A DNA stretch of 64,000 nt from Nymphaea colorata (Eukaryota). The notes beneath the pieces are model-generated. The model made no database searches. It saw nothing but the letters and a program-made list of their open reading frames with translations, and was not told the DNA's origin. The translations under genes were made by a program, and so were the position numbers. Position 1 is the first letter of the stretch, and every line of letters begins with the position of its first letter. Location of the stretch: assembly GCF_008831285.2 (NCBI RefSeq), contig NC_045138.2:26536001-26600000 (forward strand), given 5' to 3'. Below, piece by piece: positions 52,901 through 64,000 of the stretch.

Positions 52901-54780
52901 TTAGTTTGCTCTTTCTAGAATTGCTGATGAAAGTGTCGTGAGCATTGTTGAACTGACAGATCCTTGGGCTAGTGAACAAAAAATGGATTCACTTACTAAT
53001 TTTTGCTCTGTTAGGAGTGAGGCTCTGGGAGTTTGGGACAGACTAAGTGATATTGTTCACTTGACATTTTGTTTGGATAAGGGAACCAGAATTCAGATTA
53101 TGATGGGTGGTTTCCCTACTGATAAATGGGCCTCATAAGGGTGGATATTTAAGCTAAATGAATGGGATGACTCTTCACCATACAATGCTGGATTGAGGTA
53201 TAGGTCGATTGCTTTACACATTTGGGTTGTCATACAGACCCTACAACACTCAAATTTTGCATTTAATGGGTTGGGTCTATAGATGGGCAGACCCATTTGT
53301 TTTGCTACACTATATAAGGCAGCTTGTGAATGGTCAATGGCATATCCCGGTTAATGAAAAGGAAATTGGGGTTGGTTGCCCTAGTTAAGGGTGCATAAGC
53401 ACGAGTCTGTTTTTCTTATTTTATTTTTGTCGTGTGGCCTTTTTGGTAGTTAGGGGCTACCATACCATAAAACCATCACACTACACTATGAATGGTTGGT
53501 TTGAACTTTGAACTAATCCAACATGTGTCACAAAAGCATGGGGCCGTGTCTTCAACTGTATGCACTATGCAACTTTCTAATGCGCTGCAATAACCACCTT
53601 TTCTTGTTGTGTAATTTATTTTAATTGATGCAGTAAACACTTAGTTCATGCTAATCTAGCCCACATCGAGAAGTAGCATACACCTCATCCATGCATTAAC
53701 CATGTGCCTCATGACAATCAAATTGAAAGTTTAAAGCTTCAAAGACAGTCCTTGTGAAATATAATTTTTGGATGAAGAGAATAAAAATGGATGAAAAACA
53801 ATATAATCTAGATATAAAGAAATTCAACTTCTAAACATTCGATTGCAAACAAAGCTGATCATCCAACCACCACATCTTATAACAATCAACGCCATTGTCG
53901 ATACTAAACCCAAACTCGAATTCCACGAAACAAGGCATATACACACAAAAAAATGGTAGAAGAAAGCCTTACGAGAGCGTGGTTTTCAGAGACAGTCAAC
54001 TAACATTTTCGTTCATCCCCATCATGATAACATAATAATGGAAGATTATGAAAATAATACAGATGAAAGTTATAGAATAGAGGAGAAATACACGACAAAC
54101 AAAAGGAATTGAACACAAATCAGCCAAGCGAAGCATCGATTCATGGGTTCGCAGAAGCAACTTAACAGAACATCAAAAGCTCTATTGCAACCATAGAAAA
54201 TCGAGCAAGATGATGCGTCCGCAAGAAAATGCTTATTCTGAATAGACGAAATAAAAAGGTTCAACATCGAAAGCTAGCACTGAAGGAACAAGGAAAAATA
54301 AATGCTAACCAACATGAATGAGATAGAAACGTGAGGAGCTTATTAACAGGCAGTGGTTTGGGTATGAAGGAAAGAACCAAGAAACGAACAATACCTGAAA
54401 ATCAGACTCCCGATGGCTCCCAAGAAGGCGAGAAGGATGCGAAGGGGTTCGTCTGATGCGAGAAAAGGTCCAAGGCTGCCGATCGGACGATCTTGGAAGG
54501 CCTTCGTCTTCTGCGACAGATTGAACATTAGGTTCCTAGGATTCGCAAACGCAGGGAACCCGCCAAAGGATCTCTGGAGCCGGAAAGGGTCGTTGCACTC
54601 CACCGGCTCTGCCTCTGCTTGAAACGTAGGGTACCCTGCATCCTCTTCCTTTGTTCCGCTTCTTTCATACGATCTCCATTAAAGCAAGGATGGCAGAAAC
54701 GTAGGGTACCATGCATGAGAGCGATCCCTTTGGAAGCCAGTCTTGCAACGCAAAAGATAGACAGAGAGAGCAAGAGAGAG
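49990..54780 (-). other. Putative spliced transcription unit of unknown coding status
   Basis: CT-repeat leader at ~54763-54782; GC-rich first exon ending CAG|GTATTG at 54395; TTCAG acceptor at 50616 opening LMQERVDKEYLDTHLTMTLKGLDKAPFGGIQSDALTELIDPA*; ACAG...CAG|GTAAC-bounded segment 50113-49990 closed in all three frames. No complete CDS could be assembled. Confidence 0.4.
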
Positions 54781-56413
54781 AGCGCGCACCAGTGAAGAAG
54801 TGCGGAGAGCGAAACACAATTCTTGCTTTTACCCGCGAAACATTCAAAACCGAGAATGGATAGAAGTTAGAACACAACCGTCCGTCCAAAATAGGAAACC
54901 GCGCAAAGTTGAGATGAAAAGTGGTATGGAATCTATGGATGCCAAAAATTAAGAAAAGACCTTATGGTCTTCTATTAACTCCGTCCCCTACTTGGAAGAA
55001 TAAAGTTTGAAGTTTCTTAATTTTACTAGGATAATTAAAAAAAAAACAGTTATTTTTTAAATTTTGATATATGCAGTGTACCTCTTATAAGTCGCAAATG
55101 AAATATCACATTTTTTTTTCTTAATTTTGAAAGCCTTCATTTGAGGTAAAAATAAACCGAGGAATCCATTAACCAAGGAAAGGAAAATGCATTTCAGTGT
55201 GTCTACAAAGATCTCGCAGCAACTTCTACTTGACAAGGATGTCAGCAAATCTATGATATCCAATGGAGCCGCTTCAAAAAAATGGGTATAGAACAAGAAT
55301 TTAAGATCGGATTAAAAAATCGAATTGGATTAAGGTTCGGGTTTATGAATGAAATTCAAGATGATTCAGGTTCAAATTCAGATTTTAAGTAATATCTGGT
55401 TGGATATCTTTTATCTAATGTTAAGGCATTTAGAAAATTGTATTTTGGGAAAAAAAAAGTACACGCAAATTTACAAAATTTTAATTTTAGCTTATGTAAA
55501 AAATTTATTTTAACCCTGCTAAAATTTTAAAACTACAGTTCACCCTCTTCAATAAACCAAAACAATTAATAACTTAACAACCCTTTTAGAAATCCACAAA
55601 CCTTCCTCACAACTCTTTTATACGTTCTCTAATATTCCTCACAATTTTAGATACATGATTAAAATTTTCAAAATGTGACTTACAAATTATGCTTCACTTA
55701 TAACAAGAAAGAAAGACAAAGCGGTAACCAACTACCCAATTAAGAAGGATGGAGCCAAGGTAAGGTCTGTTTGGGCCTTTTCCCCACCTTAAAAAAAGAA
55801 AAAGAAAAAGAAAAAAGAATTACATGTAATTTTTTTAAAAAAAAATTGACCTGTTTTTTATAAAGTTTTTAAAAAATAATATTGCGGTCTTAATGAAATT
55901 TAAAAACTTTAATTCATCTCCTCATAAAGAAATTTCTACCCATGCAATTATGGTTGTAGCTATCTAGGTGGCCTTTGATGATCATACGCAAAATCGATGA
56001 AAATCTTTGAGGCTTGCGCCGGTATGACGGCTTGACGGCTGGGTGGATCGATCGAGAATATCGTTTTGGTTTTCTTTCCGCAAAATATAACTCGCATCAG
56101 GCAGGCAAATTTTCAAATACATCCAATATTAAATGCCAATCCCACATCCTACGCATCAAAAATATGATCTGCAATTAATTTGGTCCTCAAAAATCAACTT
56201 ATCTTGGCGAATTTAAACACCAACCATCTGTTGTTGGCCGTCGCAAGTTCAAATAAGTTCAAATAAGGCTGCCGTTGAAGCTACTATTAATTATTATTTC
56301 TCTATCATCGTTTCTCTATTTATACAGAAGCTTTCACCTCCATTGCTCCTCGCAGAAGATCAAGAGTTGAGAACTAAAAAGACAAATTAGAAGGCATATT
56401 ATTTGTGTAGGAG

Positions 56414-57048
56414 ATGGCTGCTGTTGCAAAGAGCAGGGTCGCTTCAGTCTCTCTTTTCCTCTCGGCCTTGCTGCTCCTCTCCCTCTTCGCCACTCCCTTG
56501 CCTCTTGCTGATGCTGCTCGTCCGGTCTCTGTTGGTAAGACACACCTCCATCTTCCTCTACTCGGTGGCCACTACCCATTTGCACTTAGTCGCTATTGAG
56601 CAGTATTTTGTATCAAGTATTAACTGAAAAGTTTGTTTTTCACAACCAAATTTGAGAACTAGAAAGACAAAATATAAAAGAACATGTAAAGATCGTGTTT
56701 TTTCTAAAAGAAAAGAACATCTGGAGCATTTTTTGTGTGCATGGAGGGAATAGTGTAGTTGGTAGAAGTGGTGAAAGGTCAGCAGTTCGATTCTTGTGAG
56801 GGTGACTCTTTTAAATTGAGAATGGCAAATACGTGATGCATAGTTGAGGAGTGTTTTACTCCTGGAAGCAGCTCCACCTTTAACGAGTCGTTTCTTTTAT
56901 CGATTTTGACTGAAACATTTTGATGGCAGCGGTGAGCGACCAGGGTCCCATCTGCCCAGCCTGCGTCTGCTGCTCCCCTCGTCCTCCAGGTCAATGCTGC
57001 GAATCATGCTGCGCCTTTCCTCGCCAACCTCCTGCCTTCAACCCGTGA
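56414..57048 (+). CDS. Small secreted cysteine/proline-rich peptide, 79 aa, exons 56414-56534 and 56930-57048
   Basis: G|GTAAG donor and GGCAG| acceptor join in frame: MAAVAKSRVASVSLFLSALLLLSLFATPLPLADAARPVSVAVSDQGPICPACVCCSPRPPGQCCESCCAFPRQPPAFNP*. Signal-peptide-like N-terminus ending ADA-AR; TATTTATA at ~56317. Confidence 0.9.
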
Positions 57049-58666
57049 GACGATGAGCAATGCTTTGAGAAGAAGGAAGCATTTGCGTCCTCTTTTATGC
57101 TTGAAATGAAGAATAGTCCATGCTCATAAGAATAATAATACTTCCATGTCCGCAAGTTTTCCGTCGTTCGCTGTTTATAAGTGGTGTACTACAGTCCAGT
57201 ATGCTGGACAATAGTAAATAACTTTGAAGAAAAGCGAGTTCTCATGGCTGGTCCTTTGCTTTGAAAGCTGTTCTTTATACGTATATCTATCTGTTTAAAC
57301 TACTAAGAGAGAGAGAGAGAGGAAGAGTTTACAAAATGGGAATTCATTAAAAAAATTGAGTGATGAGTAACCACTAAAAAAACACAAAAAATCAGCAAAA
57401 ATACAAGAAAACAAAATATATATAAAAAAAAACCATTGAACGGGAAAAAATAAAAGAAAAGAAGAAAGACAAATATAGAGAGCATGTGGCCGAGCAGAAA
57501 TGCTGGCCAATGCAGAGCCTCAGATGCATATCAGCATTGATGCAGTTGTATTTCTGAACAACTCTTGTATTTCTGAACAACTCTATCTAGATATGCCACC
57601 AACAACTAATAAACCACAACTGCTACGAAGTACGGATTATGCAGACTAGAAATATCTGAATAAAGACGAAATGAGAAGAAATAACACGAAATCAAATATA
57701 TTTTTTTTTCTGTAATAGTAACAAACCTGAATGACTGCGATATCTAATTGGCAACCAACCTTCCAATTGTGAAAAATTAAACAGAAGGATGTTAATGTTT
57801 CCATGAATCAGACCAAGTTTACTGGCGCTGTCTTTCTGTTTAGTGTTTCCATCTCAAGTGCATAATAAGTTCAAGAATTTGGTCGGAAAACGCAGGCTAT
57901 TAGTTACTTGGCTTCCATAATTTTCATTTTCGACCAGCCTTGTATACCAACTGAACTTAGAATAAATCAGTTGAGTTCCTTAGCTTCATATTCCTAATGA
58001 TTCGGAAATTAAAAAGACAAACATGAGTTTTTCTCAAACAAATTTCTGGGTACAAGAAATTTGCAAGCTTGGAGAGACACAATACACACGACGTGTTAGG
58101 CTCATGAAAATCCATTTTTTTTTAGATCCATAGTTGAGAGAAAAAGAAAGATGAGAAATTATACATCATATTAGGCAATAAAAAACAATGGTTGAGATAG
58201 TTTCTTACGAGTTTAGCATACAAAGGTCTTACAAACACTCGTATTCAATGATAAAACTCATGCTTATGCCAACAATCTTTGCATTGATGACCCTCTCTTC
58301 TCTGCCTCTCTTTTGTTTGTTTCTTTTCTTAAGCAAAGCTTTCAGGCTTACTTTCAAACAGAGGTGGAATGAGAAAAATTTGCTGGACTCTTTCAAAAGT
58401 ATCTATATCATGCGAGATAATAAAAGGTAAATTTTTGAAGTAATGTAAAATTAAAGAAATATGGATGGGCTAGTGTGGGCAACTAGCCCACATGTGGTTC
58501 CCCCACTTCTTTCAAATGGCAAGCAAAGGCAATAGAACCAGGGCTGCAAACTTACTGGATGCAGTTAATCTATATACATTTGCATTGCAGCGAAATCCTT
58601 TAGGATGAATAAAGTCAACGGATACGTGAAAAAGAAAAGTCAGGTTTTTTTCATTTTATTTTTTTA

Positions 58667-58774
58667 AGAAATATATTTTCAAAAATATATTTTCAGAAAT
58701 ATATTTTCAATTCCACATTTTCAGCCCATCAAATGGGCCTGAGGGCAAGTGTATAACAAAAAGGTAAATCTTTA

Positions 58775-58806
<32 letters not shown>

Positions 58807-58830
58807 TTATTTATTTATATTTATATTTAA
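58667..58830. repeat. Short AT-rich repeats: (A/G)AAATATATTTTCA x3 and an (AT)n microsatellite
   Basis: Read directly at ~58667-58710 and ~58775-58830. Confidence 0.8.
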
Positions 58831-59934
58831 GATACCTCGAAAAATGCATCATATTTGTAGTTTTTGAGGTTTTAGGTTTTATAAATATAATGTTATGGAC
58901 GAATGTGAGACATAATGAACAAAAATGAAAAGGAGCAAAATAAAAAAAAATGATGTCTAAATTGAATTTTATGAATAAAAGAAAATTGACTCTATAATTT
59001 TTCAGAATAAAGTCAAATTCTCGTAACTTTTTTCTCTCTCGCGAAAATGGATATTTATATTTATTCATACAATTTGGTTTATCAAAGCAACACTTGTTGG
59101 CCTTTAATAATTAGGTGAGGAGCACCACTTGAAAAACAAAAAAAAAACGAGGCCATGCATAACGTATTTTATTTTTGCACGAGGGTAGAAGCAAATATAG
59201 TTAGTATCGGTATATCTGTTCGAGACATGTATTTATCGGCTTTTATTAACCAAAACAAAATGAAAATGTTAAAATCAAATTAAAAAGACCTATAATTATC
59301 AGCTTAATTATATAACAAAATAATAATGATGCACGACAACACAAACACATTGAACATTTTATGACATAATAGCAAATACAGTCAAAAGCTCGAAAGATTA
59401 GATTTAATGAAATTGAACAGCTTATAAAGTTTACAAGTTATATATGTACGAAAAGAAAAATTCCGATCAAATACCAATGTTTTCCCATGTTATAGAGCAC
59501 GCGAAAAATTACTCTCGTAAATTCCAACGGCTGAGTTTTAATATAATTTTAAAATTAAAATCCCAAAAACTACTAGATTTCCAATTCCGTTGGACGACTT
59601 ATCTATTTACTAAGATCACAATCTCGAATTCTTGGCTTTGTGTTTTCGATGTAATAATCAACCATAAATTTGGATATTATGATCAACAATTAAGGTCTGA
59701 AACCGTGCCGTCAGAAGATGATCGGATTTTCAGGTCTGCCGAAAGGCCAAAGATCAAGAGTAGCCATTCTTGAAACTAAACAATAGCTAGTCTCGAGTCG
59801 CCAGGTTTGAAACGTTATTCTGCGATCTTTCTGAAAATGAATGCATCAAGAGACATGCAGAAGCATTAAGAAGTTGGAAATCCAAAAGTTGTGGAGATCT
59901 TGATTTTGTGGCTCTGAGGGATGACTGGCAGTCA

Positions 59935-60370
59935 ACACCAACCATCTGATGTTGGCCGTCCCAAGTTCAAATAAGGCTGCCGTTCAAACTATTATTAATT
60001 ACTATTTCTGTATCATAGACAAATTAGAAGGCATATTTGCACATATTTGTATGGGAGATGATGGCTGCTGATGCAAAGAGCAGGGTCGCTTCAGTCTCTC
60101 TTTCCCTCTCGGCCTTGCTGTGCCTCTCCCTTGCCCCTTGCTGATGCTCCTAATCCGGCCTCTGTTCGGAAGACACCTCCATCTCTCTCGATCTACTTCA
60201 TGGCCACTACCCATTTGCACTTATTAACTATCATAGTCCACTATGCTGGAGAATAATAAATGACAACTTTGAAGAAAAGCAAGTTCTCATGGCCGGTCTT
60301 TGTGGCCTTGAAAGCTGTACTTTATACGTAAATCTGTTTAAACTCAGAGAGAGAGAAAGAGAGAGAGAAT
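59935..60370 (+). pseudogene. Deleted pseudogene copy of the cysteine-rich peptide gene
   Basis: Colinear matches to the parent's promoter (~56217-56308), exon 1, intron start and 3' region (~57192-57320). Frameshifting deletion in exon 1, donor GGTAAG changed to CGGAAG, exon 2 absent. Confidence 0.88.
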
Positions 60371-61454
60371 CTGTTTAAGATGAACTGGTGGAGCATTTTT
60401 TATGCAAGACCACAGGCTGTTTGAGTTTGGAAGGGAGAATGCGAGTTTAACATGACAAAGCAAAAGGAACTGGCGAGTATTAGACTTCAATGAAAATTCC
60501 CGGATAATCAAGGATAAGTCCTATCATTGTGGAAGCTTCTTGAATTTCATTGCTCAAAAAAAAAGGACGGTATATATAAATTTACAAGAATATACTTTCT
60601 ACTTTCTTGCAGCACAAGCACGGGATATTCCACCCTAGGAATTGCTCCATCTTTTCTCTAGAAGACTAGGAACCTTTCAAGGTCCACGAAACTTAACCAG
60701 CCTTCTCCTGAAAGGAAAACACTGGGTAAGCCAGAGTATAGCCTTTAAAGGCCGACAATTAAGATATTGAAACGGACTAATATGCTTGATGTGATTATTT
60801 GGACATATTTCATTCTCCTTTTGACATTGATGCTTGCAGGCATTAGCCTCAACATCTAAAAGAATCAACTAGAAAGTTTGTTGGGTAGTGAGAATTCACC
60901 ACGGTACGAGAGAGACTAGAGAAGGCTCCTCTCCTTACTGCAAGCAGTAACTCTGAAGAACTAGACTAGAAGATGGCCCCTGCAGGGTCTCTAAAACTAT
61001 CCACCCTCAGCCATACCAAAAAAAAATCTACAAAATTTGATGGCGCAGTGATTCCAAATGTTCCAGTGCGATGACCATCACCATAAGATCATCAGGAACA
61101 CTGTATTTCCTGTTTGTAACAAGAGTAGCATGACCATGTTCCTCCTGTGAAAGGTTATGGTGGTGCTCAAACATGACATTGGTGAAGGATCCAGGTTCTG
61201 TGCAAGCATCATTAAAACGGGAAAGCTTCCAAGATGCCAATGGAAGGAGGCAGGATCGGCTACCCAACAGCTCCAAAACCCTCACTTAACAGTTTGGATA
61301 TGCATCTGATTGTGGGGGGAGGGTTTGCCTCTTCTATGCACCTTAGATACAGTGTCCTCCACAATGGTAGATTCAGGCTAAAGCGTAGCCTATGCTATCA
61401 GAAAAATACAACCAGATCGATATGAAACATCAGTCTGGACATCTCCGGTACATA

Positions 61455-63798
61455 CTAGAGAGAACTAAAAGCAGGCCCCTGTTGATCCAGTTGAATATTC
61501 TGTGACCTTTTCAGAACCTCTGCAAACCTCAGTAACTCTAACTTTTCTGGGGTTCCTTGGCTTTCACAGAGCTGATCAGCTTCTTCTAGAAAGCTTAGGA
61601 CACCTGTATCACCTTCTACGCTGAACTCTTTAATATGGCAAGCATCTAGTATTCCTCCTGCAGGACCTGAATTAGCAAAATCCTTCTGCTTGGGAACTCT
61701 GTATTCTTTGATGTCACCCGAACTTAACCGTCTTCCTCGAATATCCGGGGAAGAACTTGAGATGCTCGCAGAGCTAACTATTCTGGTAGGCGCTCTGCCG
61801 TTCGTGATTCTTTCCATCATTAAGCTGTCAGCATTTAAGGACTTTGAACCAACATCTGATGAACAGGCGGGGGAGTAGTGCTCAACGGTAATTGATGATG
61901 AGAAGCTCGAGCATGAAGCCCTAAGATCATCAACTGAACTCTTTGAAACTGATCTCCTTCTCCCCCAATTACTGCAAGTACCAGAGCTCCTGTCCATTGA
62001 GGTTGTCCTTTCAGGAGATTCTTTTCCCATTACAAAGCTCTTTAGCTTACGGAAGAACTTCCTCTTGCTTGAACTACTACGCCTAGAAGACTGAATCTCT
62101 ATTTCTGGACCATCAAATTCCCCAGCATCTGTGAGCAGCGATGCTTGAGATTGTGAACAATACTCATAATCATAGTCAGGAAGACCCTTGTCGTCCCTAC
62201 TGGAAGCTGCATATTCAAGCACAAGCTGCTTCGCTTTTTCCTCTGATTTGGGACTCAAACTCTTGTTGAGGTCCCGAGCTATGCTTTTGCCTGGCGGTGC
62301 CTGGAAATTTCTCAGCTCATACCGCAGACAGGCATTTATCCACCTAAGATAGACCAATTCCTCAACATCAGCACATCTGTCCATCTGAACCCTTTCCAGC
62401 TCCTCCATTAATTTCTTGTTTGTCTCTCTCAATGTGCCAACTTCTTCCAAAGCTTTCTCCACATCCTCAGCCTGACATAGAAATTTAAATTATCTTAGCA
62501 AGAAATTCTCCAAGTACAAATGTCAGAATATATAAAACTGGTAGGAATGTTGAGAACCTCATGAACTGAGTTTGAAGTAGAAGCAACAGTTTCTGCGAAG
62601 TCCAGCTTTATTGCAAGTTCTGAGTTTTCTCTTTGCAGCCTCTCATTTGACGTTCTTAGTTCAGAAGCTTCATTCTCTAAGTCCCGCAACCTCTGTAATT
62701 TCTCCTGAATTTCTTCGTTTTCTTTGCAAGCTTCACTTTCCATCACTAGTAGTGCTGAAAGACGTCCCTGCAGCTGAGAAAGCTGCATCTTTGCCACTTC
62801 ACTTTCGGTCTTCATCCGTTTCTTGAGCAACTTGATTTTTGTCCTAGCAGATTCCAGCTCTGCTGTTGTTCTCGAGTAGTTGGCAACCTGTTCTTGAAGT
62901 CTATGATTATCGGCTTGAAGAGATTGGATCTTCAGCTCAAAAAGCTGCGACTCCATTGAACTAATTTTCAGGCGGTTCTCAAGTTCCCTGACAACACTTT
63001 CCTGCTCTTTCAATTCATAATACTCCAGCAGTTGCATTTCCAGATTCCTTTCCCTCTCCTGCAGAACATAGACCTGATTCCTCAGTCCCTTTATCTCCAT
63101 CTCCACATCTATGTCATTCTTCTCTGTTCTCTTTACAGGAAAAACCACTTTATAGTTCCTAGATTTGGGCAGGGAAATTGCTGAACTACTAAATTCTTGA
63201 GACACTAGTTCATTAAATTCTGGCAACAGGAATCCGTCTTCATTAGCCAAGCTCTTTGGAGAAGGTTCAGTTATCGGATCAACCCGCTCTATAGACTCGG
63301 CCTAAAGAGAAACATCTGAATATCAGAATTCACGTGGATGAACAATTCAAGATCAAATTTGGAAGAACAGTATCCATTTACCAATTTAATAATAAGACCA
63401 GGAAACTGATTTCTTATGAGGGAACAAACATAGACAACTCCTGCGCATACTTTACTTTAACAAGGAATCAAGCAATATGATTGAAAGAGCATACTTCTTC
63501 TCTGATTGCGGTTGCCGACGAATCCAGAGCTTGAAGTTCATCTTTAAGTCCTCCACTAGATCCCTTAATATGGGATTTACCTAAATCAGCGGCAGGAACC
63601 AACGGAGCCAAAAAATTAACAAGACAGAAAATGTTACATAACCAAAGCACATAAAGAGATGAAAAACAAACCTGCAGGCTTGAGATGAATCCGGACTCTG
63701 AAATGGCTAAACAAATAACCCGCAAAGGATAAAGCGAAGGCAATGCCTAACTTGAGGAGAAAGGTATTCTCCTCACGTCGTTCCTTCGGAGTTCCCAT
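61455..63798 (-). CDS. CHUP1-like coiled-coil protein (~657 aa), exons 63798-63672, 63580-63495, 63301-62558, 62471-61455
   Basis: All GT-AG junctions keep frame. N-terminus MGTPKERREENTFLLKLGIAFALSFAGYLFSHFR; family motifs LLPEFNELV, LQERERNLEMQLLEYYELKEQE, DVEELVYLRWINACLRYELRN, ARDLNKSLSPKSEEKAKQLVLEYA. No proline-rich or C-terminal region of full-length CHUP1, so a shorter paralogue. Confidence 0.9.
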
Positions 63799-63819
63799 CG
63801 AGCTCTTATTCAAGCTTTC

Positions 63820-63840
63820 TCAGCCCCCAACACCCATCAT
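63820..63840 (-). promoter_or_regulatory. 6-codon upstream ORF (MMGVGG*) 21 nt before the CHUP1-like start
   Basis: Minus strand ATGATGGGTGTTGGGGGCTGA. Confidence 0.45.
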
Positions 63841-64000
63841 CTTTATCTTCACGAAAGAAGAAGGATCGCCAACGTTCAAGTGAAACCGATAAACCAAAAA
63901 GGAAAGAACAAGCGTTGTGGCATCAGGGGCTGATTATACGAGGAAGAATCGAATTGGGCATGTAGAAGGGACCATTATAAGTCAGAGAAAGATCAGAAAC

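Noticed and set aside
52600..53340. Plus-strand ORFs 52705-52941 and 52938-53138 as a gene
   Set aside because: Acidic coding-like composition but broken by stops with no recognisable motif; possibly a decayed TE fragment, not supportable.
55300..55410. Possible MITE/hAT subterminal remnant (TCGGAT/TTCGGG-like motifs)
   Set aside because: Too degenerate; no TIRs or TSD found.
56414..56599. Unspliced 61-aa ORF as the real product
   Set aside because: A strong GGTAAG donor and an in-frame Cys-rich second exon give a much more coherent protein.
57295..59773. Phe/Leu/Lys-rich ORFs between the peptide gene and its pseudogene
   Set aside because: Products of AT-rich low-complexity intergenic DNA.

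Overview
Plant (angiosperm-type) nuclear DNA with spliced genes; nothing prokaryotic and no CRISPR. About two thirds of the window (~6313-49130) is one tandem satellite array of a ~245-bp monomer, each copy carrying a 10-bp-arm palindrome. The array is layered. ~591-bp composite units lie at both edges. A near-identical 3,763-bp higher-order repeat occurs three times (~14975-26343). The right-hand domain is built from four monomer subtypes in a recurrent order. An intact, very young Ty1/copia LTR retrotransposon (31384-36685, minus strand, ATGTT target-site duplication) sits inside one monomer, and part of its right junction has been re-copied 2,972 bp downstream. Left of the array are a degenerate Ty3/gypsy integrase/chromodomain remnant, an AT-rich ~1.02-kb degenerate duplication and scattered minus-strand exon-like segments. 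Right of it are a poorly defined minus-strand spliced unit, a two-exon 79-aa secreted cysteine-rich peptide gene (only its first exon appears in the ORF track) with a nearby pseudogene copy, and a four-exon CHUP1-like coiled-coil gene. Most short ORFs in the track are by-products of the satellite. All comparisons were made by eye.
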